A DNA stretch of 53,438 nucleotides, filler included, from Bipalium vagum (Eukaryota): the NCBI GenBank assembly GCA_037834085.1. It is 3 parts of 3 records of this genome, joined end to end, with 100 filler letters (N's around TTAATTAATTAA, not from the genome) between each part and the next. Parts side by side here need not be neighbours in the genome. Positions count along the whole stretch, not along the records: positions 16,732 to 37,352 come from JBBMKC010249279.1; positions 37,453 to 53,438 come from JBBMKC010134235.1; 1 more part is not named here. The stretch is one strand, 5' to 3'. Shown here piece after piece: positions 35,627 to 50,318 of this stretch (position 1 is the first letter of the stretch; every line of letters begins with the position of its first letter). The notes below the pieces were generated by a model. The model was not told the DNA's origin and ran no database searches. It saw nothing but the letters and a program-made list of their open reading frames with translations. The position numbers and the translations under genes were made by a program.

Positions 35627-37352
35627 TAATTAGTTATATATATTAATACTTGATTCTCATAAAAGATAAAGTTAAAAGTATGTATGTTTTAATAAAATTT
35701 ATAATTTAATTTTTAATTTATATTTTATTTTATAAATTTAAGTTAAGTAAGCATTACTTTTGACCTTGAAAACTAATGATTTAAAACAACATCTAACCTA
35801 ATAATAAGTAAATAATAAATAAGTAACCTAATAAGTAAAATATATTCAAAATTTTTATTTCACATAATTTACAAAAAAATAAATAATCAAGTGAAATGCT
35901 ATTGTTTTTCACACTGTAAGTCAAGTCTTCGTAAATTCATTTTAAACCTGATATTTTTGTCTTAATTATTTACAATTTAATAAAGCGCCAAATCTCTGAG
36001 TTTGTGTATAAATTCTAAACATCAAAATTTTAATTAATAATGAAAACTGTTTTTTTCAATATATTTTAAATTATTTAAGTAATATTTATCAACTAAAAAA
36101 CCTGAAGATTTTAACGAAATATGAAATTTTTTAATTTTAATTTTATTTTTACAGGAGTATCAAGATAACACTACTGAAAAAATGGTATTATTTTGTTTAA
36201 ATTGAATTACCATTTTAATGAATTCCTTTGCTATGAAATTTAGCAAGCAAACAATTCCTAATACTATTAAACGAACTTTTGTGTAGCTTAATTTCTCCTG
36301 AGACTGATCTTGGGTAAACTTCTTGTCTGGTGACTATATGATATTAAGAATTTCTTAGCTTCTTATATACGGACCCAGAGTGAAAATATTTATTTTATTT
36401 CTTAAAACTGCTGTAAGAGGTAAAGTATAATTTAATGAATTGTTTCCTTACCTTAAAGTAAGATAATTCTTCTTCAAAAGATTTCAGTTTAATGAATTTT
36501 TAATACTAAACCTCCAAATGGTTTTTAAAGGGAAAAATTTTCTTTCAAATGTAAGTTTTTTGTTAAACAATAACTTAATCTAAATTAGATCACTGATACA
36601 CCACAGTTTAGAACTAATATATGTAATTTTTCATTGTTATACTGGCATTAAAGACGTAAAATCAAGAAATGGACGATTTCATTTTATTTATGCTAAAACT
36701 ATTATTCATAAGCTAGAAAGGAAATGTGAAGACCAAAACCAGTTTTCAAGGCTTTCAGCAATAATTCTTGATTTTCCGATATCACATCAACAGGTCAAAA
36801 CCCTTTCTTTAAATAGGGTTTAATGGAAACTTAAAACTTAACTTAATGGAAAGTTAAGTTAAGTTAATGGAAACTTAAAACTCTACATACATAACGTATT
36901 ATAAGATATTATATATTATAATATATCTAATTAAAATAGCATATTCATATTTATTTATATTTAATCCAATGAATGATAATGCTCTGTTTACAATTAAAAC
37001 ATTTTAATAAAGCTTCATCTACAGTCCATTATTCTGATAAATGCTTTAATATTTTCATTCACATCATCGTAAGTTTACTTTTAAATTTCATTGGGATATT
37101 TCTCATCAAATAAAACGTCTGTGAAGATGATTTAAAAGGAAAGATTAATTCATATATTCGTATATAAAAATAGTGCAGGAAATAAATATGTATTTAAGAA
37201 TGAATTACTTTATAATTATAATTATGTATAATTATATTTTCATTTAGTTTCTAATAATGATAGTAATAATAATGATAATAATAATAGTAATAATAATAGT
37301 AATAATAATAGTAATAATAATAGTAATAATAATAGTAATAATAATAGTAATA

Positions 37353-37452
37353 NNNNNNNNNNNNNNNNNNNNNNNNNNNNNNNNNNNNNNNNNNNNTTAA
37401 TTAATTAANNNNNNNNNNNNNNNNNNNNNNNNNNNNNNNNNNNNNNNNNNNN
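37353..37452. other. Artificial scaffold join: N44-TTAATTAATTAA-N44
   Basis: Same 100-nt linker as at 16632. Confidence 0.95.
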
Positions 37453-38202
37453 AATTTAATTAGTTTAAATATTTATTATTTAAATTAATTAATTTGTTTG
37501 AATAATTGTTATATTAAAATATATAATTTCGAAATGACTCTTGAAGATATCAACTGATATAAATGTAACTAACAATTTATTTAACACCAAAGTTAAACAA
37601 TTTAGTTAATGATCTGAACAAATAATATTGTTATTTGTCAACTTGAAAATAAAAATATTCATAATAGAATTTGTCCTTTCTTATTATATCTTTAAATAAT
37701 ACTAAATCTCCTAAAATCAACTGGTGAAAAGTTGATAATTATATTTTAACAGAATTTGAAATGTATGAACTAGATAAAAAATGTTGCACATATGAAAATT
37801 TAATCAATAAAATCATTATTGGACAACCTTTGGGAATTACTTATCATCATATTTAATTTTCAAAATTTTTTCATTGCATCTTCCAAATAACTAATATAAA
37901 TAATCTAATATTTAATTTAGTTCTCAGAAATTATAATTAACTTTCTTTTTAAAAATTTAAAAGGAAAATTCAAGAAAACTTTATTTTTGATTTGTTTTAA
38001 TTGATAATTTTTAACAAAAAAATGAGATGAAATCCTAAATTGCTAAAATAATATTAATAACATTTTTTCCACTATTGAATTAATTAAAAAATAAAAATGT
38101 AATCATTTATTGACATAGAAAACACTTCGAAGAAATACATTACATTACATAACAACTTTCTATACGAACTACATATTACATACAATATCAAACACACATT
38201 TT

Positions 38203-41200
38203 TCAATCTGCTATCATGAGACGTCTTTTTGAGCGACACGGATAATGTGTTTTACGAGTATTGACATCTGTGTCTGAATCGTCGTCGGAGCTCGACGAGT
38301 CAGGACTGTTGAACAAGTGCCTCTTGTTGGGGCTTTTATGATAGTTCGATTCTTCGAAGGTTTTCTTGTCCGATGGATATCGACGACTGTCAAGGTTTCT
38401 CAGCACACGACCGGTGGAAGTATTCTTTTCGCAAACGTTTTCCTCATCTGAAAAATCATCGTCCTCTTCTTCTACGAACGCCAACAGTTCTGAAAATCGA
38501 GCTTTGATCTCATCAAGCATGGACTTGGAATTCAGAACCTGCTGCAAGTCTGATTGAATGGATTCCTCTTGTAAAACTGAGGATATTATTATCATCATCA
38601 ATAACAAATAGTAAATATAATCACTTACATGAAATATTTTTACAGTTCAATCTCATAAAATCTAAATGACTCAGGATTTTTATAAGATCAATACCACCTT
38701 CTTCAGTAACTTGAGAATGTCTGTAAAAGATGAATAAAATAACTTAATTTTTAGTTTGAACAAAAGAAAGTTTGAACAATTTTACTATAATTAAATCTCG
38801 ACAAATCTCAGTGGGTATTATTAGTCATGATCGGTTTTATATTAATTTTTTAATAATATAGCTTACTTAATGATAAATATTTACACGAAATTCAAATTGA
38901 TTTAATAAACTTAATCCATATAAAAGGCATTTCTTATAGAATTCATTGATAATCCATTAAGGATATAGATAAATTTTAAATTCAAAATATAAATATCTAA
39001 TAAATATAAGATTCATTTAAACACATTAGATTAAAAATATAAATATACTTAAAATAATTTTAAAAGGTTAATTGAATTTCAGTAATTTTTTCATGTTTTT
39101 TAATAAAGCATTATTTTTACATTGCATTTATTAAATAGAAATGTTAGAAATTTAAAAATTAGTCAAAATTTTTATATACTAAATAAGATTAAATTTATTG
39201 TAAAATAAGAAATATTTAGTATTTTTCAACAACTTAATTTCAATAAAAAATAAAAAAAATTGTGAAACAATCAAGTATAAAGAAATTACATACCTGTTCT
39301 TCTTTTTATCTTTCATATTATTCCCTAATGAAGCAGACAAAATTGTATGAAGAATGCTGACGAATTTTGATGTGATAGAGTTATTTTCTGAACTCCAGAA
39401 ATGTAACAAACTGGAGGTGAATTGATCGCCTCTTTCAACTTCACGATTTAAAAGTAACTTAATAAGCTCGTGGTTAGGTCTGCAATTAAAAAAATCGATA
39501 TGTAAGAACATAAATTAATATGAATTCATTTCGTTTCTTTACTTTTCTTGTCTGAGAAAATTAGAAAATCGCAATATAGCCTCAGGGTGCTCTAGAAAAA
39601 CCAAAAAAATGTCAAGTAATCTTTTCTAAAGTCAATTGCTCACTTTTAAAATCCAAGTATGGTATCAGCCCATAAAAATGTTTTGATTGAATATTGTGAG
39701 CCAACAATAGTTCCCACAGAAAGTACTGTTCTATTGTACCCCAATCAAGACTATTTTCTGAATTATTAACATTAGAGTTCAATTTAATTGATGATCACAA
39801 AACAATACTTAAGATCTCCACAACGGAATTTGTGTCAAACATTACAAGATTCCTCTTTTGAATTTCAAGGCCTAATTCATTGATTTCTGCAGCATCCAAA
39901 GATGAAATTATTAAATGGGCGAATTTAGGACTCCCAACCATCTCCGTAGAAAACTAAAGAATCATGGTAATAAAAATACTTAACAAATTAAGGCACTAAC
40001 GGCTGCATAGAGATCTGGGAGTAAATATACCATCAGTCTTGTATCATCATTACTAAGCAGCTAAAAATTAAACAATGAAAATTTTTTTTAAATTCAAAAA
40101 TATTTATTAAGACAAATTTATCATTAATATTATCGATTATATTTTAATTAGACTACGTTACAAACGAAATTAGAAAATCTTCATTTTTTAATATAAATTA
40201 AATTAATATAAATAAGTTCTAGAAAACTGAAGCGATGAGAAAAAATACTAAAAGAAGAGGTTTTTAAATTATGGTGTCGTCGACCTAGTCGAAGTGCAAC
40301 TGTAGAGTCAGAAGTTAACAGAAAATTGAATACTACAATAAAAAAATCACTGAAAGGGATATTAATCAGATATAATTATTCAACTTCTTTTAAACCACGT
40401 ATTTTCTACATCTAAACAAAATATTGCAACATCCAATTTTTAGTTCTTCAACCTAACACATTTTCTTGAAAAAATTGAACTTCAATAATTGAAAATAGAT
40501 TAGAACTTTCTATATTCTGCCAATAAAAATAGAGTCGAATTTTAAAAATATAAGCTCAATCCAAAAACAAAATTGGTCTTTGGAATTTAATATCTTTTTG
40601 CATCATTCATTAGTTTTGAATAAAAAACAAAAGGAAATCATTCACCACCTTTTAAATTTAAGTTATTTTGGTTCATAATGACTAACAAAACATTATTTCA
40701 CATGTTTTACAAGATCACCTTAAAAAATTTCTTTATTATTAAAATTAATCATTTCATCAATCTTAAATTTTATTTCATTAACATTTCTTGTAAAAGCATA
40801 ATTTAATAAGAAATTACAATCAATAATAATATAATAATAATAATATTAGTATTGGTAGTAGTATTATTATATCAAATATCAAAATTTACTAATTATTATT
40901 TTCATTAATATTATCATTTAAATTAATGAAAACGAAAAAATTTCTTAACAGAGTATAGTGAATACGAAGCAACAGTCGACGGTTTCATTGCAATGCAAAA
41001 CCAGTTCATAAAAATAATTTTGAATAATATTTGATTTATTGATTACTGTCAATAAAATATTAAAATTAAGTGAGAAATGATTCATATGTAGCAAAAATGT
41101 AAACAATATTACTCCTTTCCGAAATTTAGAAAATTCCAACACATAAAACGATCTTCAAAAACTAAGTCTGAAATAAATTACTTCTGTTGGATTTATTGCG

Positions 41201-44200
41201 CTTTATATTACTTTTTTAAACATTATTTATTAAGAACAATTAATAAATTCCCGAATCAGTCACGATAATTTTTCTGTCCAAAAAATGGAGTAAAAAGAAT
41301 TAGAGTCATTTGAATCATTTTAGAATAATTTTCTGTTTTTAAATCAACTTTCAATCAAAAAAGGTTTAGATTGATATCGTTTATAATTCTCATTTCGAAT
41401 ACCGTACTTAATTTGTATTTTGTTTCAATTGAATAATTCTTAAGAAAAATGACAAATAATTTTATTAAGAATCAGTTTGGTGAGAGATCAAGTTTAAATC
41501 AACAAATTCATTTTTACCTCTAGATCTTTGAATAAAGAGTTTTTTAAATTTGGCTTCTCTAGACTGTTGCAAAGACTTCGATATGTTGATAAGTCAGGAT
41601 CCGAGACGTTTCTGAACACATTGGTAACAATAATTTTAAAAAATCAATACACATCAATTATTCATAATCGATCATTCTCATTTTTGATAGATAATTATCA
41701 AAAAATTGTTATTTTAATAATAATCTACAAATAGAAGACGAGAAATCGATCAATTTGCAGAAATTTTATTTACTCACATCGAGAAGAAAAATTACATTTT
41801 TCAAAAACAATGGCAGAAAAAGATTGCACATGGTCAGAATATTATGAATATTATACATAAAATATTCTCAACATCATCAATCAAACAACATTTGTAACCA
41901 TGGTGATTTTTATGAATACCAGCTTTCAATTAAAAATAAATCAAACAATGAAGTGGTACTGTATAAAAATAGTTCACTTAAAAATTGCTAACGAATTATT
42001 TATATAATAACAACAGATCTTATGAATCGAAAACCTCTAGTATACCCCTACCTTTCATTATAAACAAAATTTCCTTGTAATATTACCTAAAGCGTCCAAT
42101 AGAATGAAAAAAAGACTGCCTAATAAATCTCAAATTTACTTCCCGCAAATAGTGAAAATATCGCATTACAATCGATTCTCAATATTTGAATTCAAGAATA
42201 ATATTAACCTGAAATAATACTTGCTACGATGCACTCTCCCATAATACAAATTAGCAAATCAAAGTAGTTTCAATTTTTAGATTAATAAAATAAAAAAATC
42301 AAAATTGTGAATATTTATATTATTTTTTACAATCTTGTTATAGATTTTTTCAATTGATTCTTCAATATTTAAAAAAATCAATCGAAATATTTATATATTG
42401 ATACACTTAAAGCATTCTTTTTATCTAAAACTACCTCAGATATTGACAAGCGAGATCTTTGTAAACGACAATTCTTTTCCTTTCCAGATGATAACACTTT
42501 CATTATTCAACAGAGAATGAAAAATTAGCACACCAACCAAATCATTGGTAGTTGTGCCATTTATTAATAATAACAAAGAACTGTTTGATAATGAAACTCT
42601 CAGATTAACAAGTTCTTTCAACCTTAAATCATTTCATTCCAAAATATTTATCTTATAAAGTTAGAGATGATGATCATTGAAAGATGTTCAAAAATTGAGT
42701 AGTATATTTCTATTTCCTTACAAAATGAAAGCACTTTCAAAACCAAATAAAGTAAGATTTCTTTTTTTTATATATTTTAACGCGTTGACGGAAACTCAAT
42801 ATTTTTGTTAGTTCAAATGACGACTACTGTTGCCAATTTGCTATTTAATATTTTAATTTGTTTTTATAGGAAAAAGTTTTTAATAAAATTAGATGGAGAA
42901 ATACAATTTTCTTGTACTTATTTAATATTTTAAAAATAAATGCAAATTATGTTGGTAAATAACCTATTTAAAATATAACTCAAGCAAGCATCTTTTTTAT
43001 AATGACTGGGTATTTTGTAATTACTTGATTTATTTTACTGTGTTTCGCAGAATACATCCCTAACTCTTAATAAAATCCATTACGAGTAATTTTAAAAAAC
43101 AAAAACCATAGATTGTACTTGTAAAATTGAAAAATCAGATTTCTGCAAATGCTGAAATAGGATTGGTCAGATATAGATAAATCTGTTATTCCAGAAGAAA
43201 TTAGAGATTATTTGCAATCAATGGATATGGCAATTAATAACCCATTTAAGATCATCTTATACCCGAAATAAACAATTCGATTGCGACGTGGATTAGGAAA
43301 TAAAAGGACACAAATTATTCCGCCAACAATTCAGAACAGCTTTCTCAATTGGCAAAATTTTCCTGAAATGTTAGTCTACCCTCATTAAGTTTATGGTGAA
43401 AAGAGTTAGGAAAGCAAGGGTTAAGCACTATAAACTATTTAGATTCCAGATGACAATCTAGAATGTGAAAGTGTTTTTTTAATGTTTTATAGATTTTTAG
43501 GTAAATTTATCTACTCCAGCACTTTTTTAAAAATATAAATACAATTCGTGGTTTGTATTATACAATAACAAGGTAATTTAATCCGAGTTTTAACTAAAAC
43601 AAAGCGGTTTTCATTATTAACGAACATAATAAATAAATTAGTCTTTGATATCATATTAAAGCAACCTTTTATCATCTTTAGTTTATAAAATTACCATATA
43701 ATAAATATAGTTTTCTATAAAATAATCAATACTTACGCTACTTTAAGATAATACAACAAGTAATATCCAACTCTGGGCTGGCGCATTTGCATTTCTGACA
43801 ACAAGAGAAGAAGTAGTTCTCGTTTGTTATCCTGTGTGCTCATTGAGCAAATATTGCGAAACAAAACGAATATCGGAGAAGAGAGTGATGCTTTAAGCTT
43901 TCTGAAGATTTAAAATCAGAAATATGACTATGAAAGCAAAACATCAAAAAATAGTTACTCTTCTTCAGGATCTTCCGGAAACAGCTTTCGATCGAAGAAA
44001 GGGTAGCATATTTCACAAATTACCGCAGCAGTCTTGCCAGCGGTGCCGAGATCGTCGAAATTATCATCATTTAAAATAGCGATGACGACTTGTTCCATTT
44101 TATCATACAAATCCTGTAGGTTTTCTTCATCTAGACAGACAGACATACATAAAAGAGAAACGAAAACAAGATGTTGAAATATACAGCATTTTTATTTGAT

Positions 44201-47200
44201 TTAATTTCTTTAAAATATTTAATCATTGTTCAAATTTTAAAAAATCTTTTGGTAAGATTTATAAAATTAATCTCTTTAGAGTATCAAATATGAAGTCAAC
44301 AAGAAAAAAATTAATTATCAATAAAATTTTAAACTTTGAAGAAATTATTGTCAAAGTACCACAAGATGTAAAAGTAAATCGAAAAACAGTTGCGCCTGTG
44401 TTAATACTTTATAGATAAGCTGGAAGAATTTAAAAGGCAAAAGACTCATACAAAAAGCGAAATATCTACAGATTTAAGTCTGTTCATAGAAAGACTAATT
44501 GAAACAGATAAATCAATTACATTGTAAAATATCAAGGAAATAATTGATAAATTTCACCTAAATGTATCTATCTATTTACTGAAAATATAGTTAAAATTTA
44601 CCAGATCCACCAGATAATTCACTATCGTCGATCGAATCCATTCTTTTCTGGATTCGTTTAGATGATTTTTTGGTATCACGCCTTCCTTTGCTTTTGACAA
44701 TCAAAGATCTACAATTTTCTGCTGTCTCATACAGACTTTCTAAAACCATTGTCACCGAAGAATTAATCTGGGAAATTGTCTGTGGTACATTGATTCTGTC
44801 CACATTGTAGTCAAAAGTCAATGAATATTTCATAAAACGGCGTTTGAGATCATCTGCGATAAGAACAGGTAAAGATTCATCAAACCCATAATCAAAATCA
44901 AAAAATTCAGTCAATTCTCGTGTATATAATTAAAATGTTTTTTATAATTTGATGAATTTTTATTAAAAATAAAAATTTCCAAAATCAGAGTTTATGTCAA
45001 CCTTAAATCTAATTCTTAAATTTAAATTTCAAATATATAATCAAAGAATGAGCAAAATTCAAATTTAATACGTGAAATTTTCATTTATGCAAAATAAATG
45101 AAAACAAAAAATCTGTTTGTTACAAGAAAAATCCGTTACATTTTGTTTTCGATTTATATATAAATAATATAAATACTAGGATTATCTGAAAACCAAATAA
45201 ATTCCTTTATAATATTATTATATAATCATAAAAAATCAATAATTTTAATAAAAGATCAATGAAAAATAAATATAAAATTTATATTGTATATAAATATTTT
45301 TTAAAAATTTTATTATCTAATGAAATACAGATTATTATTAATAATAAAAAGTATATATAAATTTTCAGAAAACGATTACGATATTTTTATTATTGATTAT
45401 TTTTTTAATATAATTTTTTTAGATTTAAAGAAAATTATATGAAATCATTAAAAATATTGACAATAACTTTTTAATGTAGTTAGTCTTAAATTAAAACACA
45501 GTGCGGAAGAATAATCAATATATACAAAAGTATTGATAAATCTAAATTATTCATCTCTATTCAAACTTTATCTAGAATATCTTCTTAAAAATCCATTGGA
45601 AAATATACGAAGATCAATAAATAAAAAAAATATGTGAAAAACAATTATTTTCTAAAATCTCACCGAACGAAATATCTTCTGATTGTGTCTGTTCTGGGTC
45701 TGTCTCTGTCAAATTAATCACTGGTTTTGTTTCAAACAAAGCGTTTTTTGGAACATTATTCACTTTATTTACAACAACATTTTTATTAAGATGTTCCAAA
45801 GTCTTCTCTTTATTTACAGGAGAAAGAGTTTTAAAAGTTCCATTCCTTTCACGCTGCACAAAGGGCTCTGGAACGAAAGCACCTGTATTCAACTGATTGA
45901 GAGCTGCCAAAGATAAATAAATCAATTAACTGGAATTTTTTAAAAGCCTTTATTTTTATACAAGTTTGATTTGGTTGAGGTTATTAGTAAGCACCTATAT
46001 AGTGGCGACATAAACACACTTAGTTCAAAATGGAAACCATGTTATTGAAATATATTAAATAGAAAAGTTCCATTTCCAAATAATCAATGACAAAAAAACA
46101 TTTTTGGGTAATATTAATAATAATATCCAGTGTATTTCTCTTATCCAATACAAACGGACCCCCCTATTCCACGACAATAAAATTAATATCCACAAAGATT
46201 AATCCATTAACATTGAGGCGTGACCATTTCTGATAGTATTATTTCAATGAACTCAGCACAGTTGAAAAAATGTCAAGTGATTTTTATGTTAAATTTAAAA
46301 TCTCCAAAAATTATTATACAATAGTTTTTTTCTGAAAATTCTTCCACTAATATTGGAAATCAATTATTCTTTTACGCTAACAATAATCATAAAAATAATC
46401 TTTTTAAAAACTCACCGTTATCTGGTGGTTTGGGAGTACCACTTACAGCATTAGCAACAGGAATCGGGGGTACATTGTTAACAGAATTATCACCGATCAA
46501 TTCAGCGAATTGCTTGTGAAGTTCCGGATGATGTCTCAAAACATCATTTAGAGGAGCCAAAGATCTAAAAATAGAAATTAAATTTTTCAAGGAAATATTT
46601 TCTCATTTACCTGAAAACATTAACCCTGAATGCTTCTCCTAGTCCAAATCGAACACTGGAGATAATTTTGTCTTTCAACAGAGGAGAATATATATTAGAT
46701 GTCTAAAATTTATTGCAAATTATTTGATTGTTTTACAAATTTTTTACCAACCTTAACTAAAAAATCAACAAGGGTAATCGATACATTCGAATATTTTGTG
46801 AGATTATGCATTATAGCGAGTATAGCAGGCTCTGAATGATTAATTTTTTTTAATATTTTCTCAATAATATTTTAGTTTTAAAATGTAATCTTAAGTTTTA
46901 AAATGTTACACTCTAACATTTTGTTAGAACAAAATGAGCTCTAATTTGATAATTATTCTATCGATCAAATTAAACCAGTGAGAACATTAGTTTCAATAAT
47001 TACGAATCTCTAAACTCGCATATATAAATCATTAATTAAATTATATATTATCACGGAAATATTCTTGTCCAACTGAAAAGGACAGAGAAATAATTTTCTT
47101 ACATGTGGAAATATCATTGGTCTTTTTCTATTTAATTTTAAAAGTACTATTTCTATAATCGTACTAAATTCTACAGTAAAAATTTATATCAATTGAAAAC

Positions 47201-50200
47201 ATTGACAGAACTTGTGAAGTTCGCTTACAACAATATTAACGAGCTGAAAACCCTAAGAAATATTTCCCTCATCAACAATTAACTGTTGAAATTGAATTAT
47301 ATTGTTCAGAATAATTTGCAGATAAATATATTGCATTGGGAAAAGAATTGATGGAAAATGTATGTCTTCAATTATATTCTATAACTGATGGCAGGAAAAC
47401 TATTTGTAGTCTGTTGAGGTTTTGTGAATTGCTGAAACAAAAACTGTGACATTGAGTATTATATATACTATTGTGCCTAAAAATCAATACAAATATTTTT
47501 ACGAAAGAAATGTTTAGCGCGGGAAGATAGTGAAGTGATTGTATTGTGTGTAATACGGATGTAAAAAGAAATGAAATCGCTCAGTTAAAACTATTCTCAT
47601 AAAAGCGAAATAAATAAAGAGAATTGAAACCTGAAAATCAATTGTACCACCATAGAAATCAAAATATAACAAATTTCAAATCGATTGTTCCAAGAAAATT
47701 AATTTCAAATGGAAATTGTAATTTGCCATTCTTCAGAGTAAAGGTAAAAACCCGAAATAGTATATCACTTCTATTAACAAAAAAAAATAAAACCAATAGT
47801 CAAAAAGCACTTGTTTTCAAAATCAAACAATTTTTATTTCCTGTAATCTGGTCACTAATTAAATAATAATAAATAACAGTTCAGAAGAACACAAAGCCAC
47901 TGTTTAAACATTTCAAGTTGAACAGAGACTGGAGATCCAAGCAATTTTCTTAATTTCAAACAATTGTTGAAAATTACTAAACTTCAATCAAGATTAATTG
48001 GAATATTAAGTGACTAATTGGAATTTCAAGGTGAAAAAAATTAATTAAGTTTTCAGTAATTTAAACGTTTCCAGTAATTAAATAACTTGAATACACCAGA
48101 ACCAAGATTAAATGATAAACTCGTCGGATCAATATAAGCTGTCCTAAAACATGCAGGTTCAGTAATGAAAGCTGCTCACAATCAACTTTGAGATCTTTTT
48201 TGAGAAGATAATAATCATAAAATCACTAACCAATGTCCATAATACAGTCATATTTGCTATCATAAAACAGCCAATCATATATGAGGGCTAACTTGCAATT
48301 TGCCACCACAGTAGGAGACTAAAATGTAAAATGATCATTAAGAAAAGTATAAATAAATGAAATACTGAGGCTTGGACGATAAGCCAGGAAATTGTAGCCC
48401 ATCTTGATATCAAGGTGGAACCAATCATTTCATTGTCTGGGTAGAAAACCCGAATAATGAACCGAATTAGAAATGGTCTCAAATTTTGACTTTCTGGATT
48501 AGAAAAAAATCGTTTCTGCGGAAATAATAAATTAATACATGACAGATAATAAGTACAAATACATTGAAAAGGTCTTGATATCTCTTATAGGGATTTGTGG
48601 AGCAATGGTGAACATTTTTCATTGTCCAAAGGATCCAATTTTCCATATCGAACGGTATAGCAGTGGATATTATGTTCTTGTTTGTTCCGATACTGAATAT
48701 TTCGCTAATGTCTTCACAGAAACTTCAATCAAACTTTTTAACGAATAACATTACTTGTAAAGTTACTAGACATCTTATCCAGATTTTGTGACATTTCTAA
48801 CCACAAATTTTTAAATTCCGAAATATTTGAAACCTGTTGAAGCATAAACAACATATCTCGTCCACCTTGTTTGAACACTTCATCCAACTAAAATTTTTAT
48901 TCGTAATAAGAAATCGATTGCAAAGTGAAATAAAAACCATTAAGAAAATTTTATCAATAAAGTTTAAAATTCATCCATAACGGATAGGAAAGGAAATCCA
49001 AAAATAAACCATAAATATTTATATAAATAAATAAATTATAACGGTAAATGGTTAACATTTTATCAATATCGGGCTTTTGATATTATTTATATTATCGAAT
49101 AGATTTTGAGTGAAATAAGTCAATAAATGTTTTTAAAATATAGATCCTTCTTTTAAAGGTAAATAAATCAAAAAATGAAGAAATATTAATGGCAAAACAT
49201 AATTTTACGTTATTTTTTACGATGTCCATCACCAAGGCTATTTCCTTTTTACATAATCTTGCCAGGCTATTGTTGGGCGTGTTCATTGCAATGCTAAACT
49301 GATAGTGTGTAGGAATCAGTCTCAGATACGTGTAGACTATCAGCGGTAGCAACTTTCGGTCTTTCAGGATCAATTCTCTGAAAGAAATTTAGAACGATTA
49401 TAGAATGAGTTGTTTTTACTTGTGTTCTTCGATGAGATTCAGCATACTTTCGATAAGCCATAAATTTGACTGACTTAAATCTCCAGCTGGAAAACAATAT
49501 ATAATTATCAGAAGATTGATCAACACTGAAAATTCCATTGTATAAATTTGATTTTACACATTCATTCAATGAAAAATTAAAACTTCATTATCTCAACTGT
49601 TTTCAAGTTTAATTTCAATCATACATGTTTAATTTTTTTATAAGCCAAAATCCAAGAATTGAATACAATAAATCAGTGATTAAATGTGAAAAAAGATTTT
49701 GACATTAAAATAATATTAATTTACTTTTAAGTTTTAGTCATATAATAAAATTTGAGATATTAATATTAATATTAATATCTCAAATTGACAATAAAACATT
49801 AAATCAAAACTTACAAATCATCCGCTTAAAAATAGCAATAAACAACGATTCAGCCATTGGAAATGATATAAAATCAATTAATATATTAAGAACGTTAGCT
49901 CTAACATCTGTATTTATTCGATTCCAATTCTCAGAAATTAATATAAATAAGTGACTCGAGCAGATTTTAACACCATCCCGACTGATTAAAATCAAATCTT
50001 TAAAATCAAATTGACCAGGAGGTTTTTCGATTAATAAAAAGTACAAAATTCCTAATTGTATCTTTAAGTTTTCTTCTTCTGATTGGCCTCTATTGATCTT
50101 TAGAATTAAGCGAGATATTAGTAAATGAAATGTTATATGATACTTACAATAAGTGCTCTGTCTTCTTTAAGGCTACGTATATATTCACCAGCATCATCTA

Positions 50201-50318
50201 TTATCTAAGAAATAAAAAATTTTAAAAATATTTGAAAAAAAATATTTATTACTGATAAACTTTTAGGGTAAGTATCTATAGCATTAAAAGTAATGCCAAG
50301 TCTGTTAGTATTTTCCAT
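38203..50318 (-). CDS. INTS3: Integrator complex subunit 3 / SOSS-A (24 exons, 3489 nt CDS, ~1162 aa)
   Basis: Phase-consistent GT-AG exons: 50318-50253, 50204-50148, 50097-49815, 49486-49420, 49377-49209, 48887-48755, 48711-48563, 48515-48366, 48318-48231, 46831-46752, 46702-46611, 46564-46416, 45903-45664, 44916-44602, 44130-43959, 43901-43737, 41611-41518, 40060-40001, 39953-39809, 39757-39644, 39591-39543, 39479-39294, 38720-38629, 38576-38203. Motifs collinear with INTS3: VYTYLRLI, GRDMLFMLQ, KRYQD, KLALIYDWLFY..IMDIEPAIL, QPRVGYYLLYYL, SLDWGTIEQY, HPEAI, DQFTSSLLHFW. Confidence 0.96.
43100..43480 (+). mobile_element. pogo/Tc2-like transposase remnant in INTS3 intron 16
   Basis: VIPEEIRDYLQSMDMAINNPFK resembles the DDE_1 motif LQPLDxxINKPFK. 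Confidence 0.6.
45979..46330 (-). mobile_element. Possible Merlin-like remnant in INTS3 intron 12
   Basis: GGTTATTAGTAAGCACC end; weak IGGP and WSRL fragments. Confidence 0.3.

Noticed and set aside
36821-36882. Triple AATGGAAA repeat with inverted TTAAC/GTTAA units
   Set aside because: Short low-complexity slippage or template-switch product with no sign of function.
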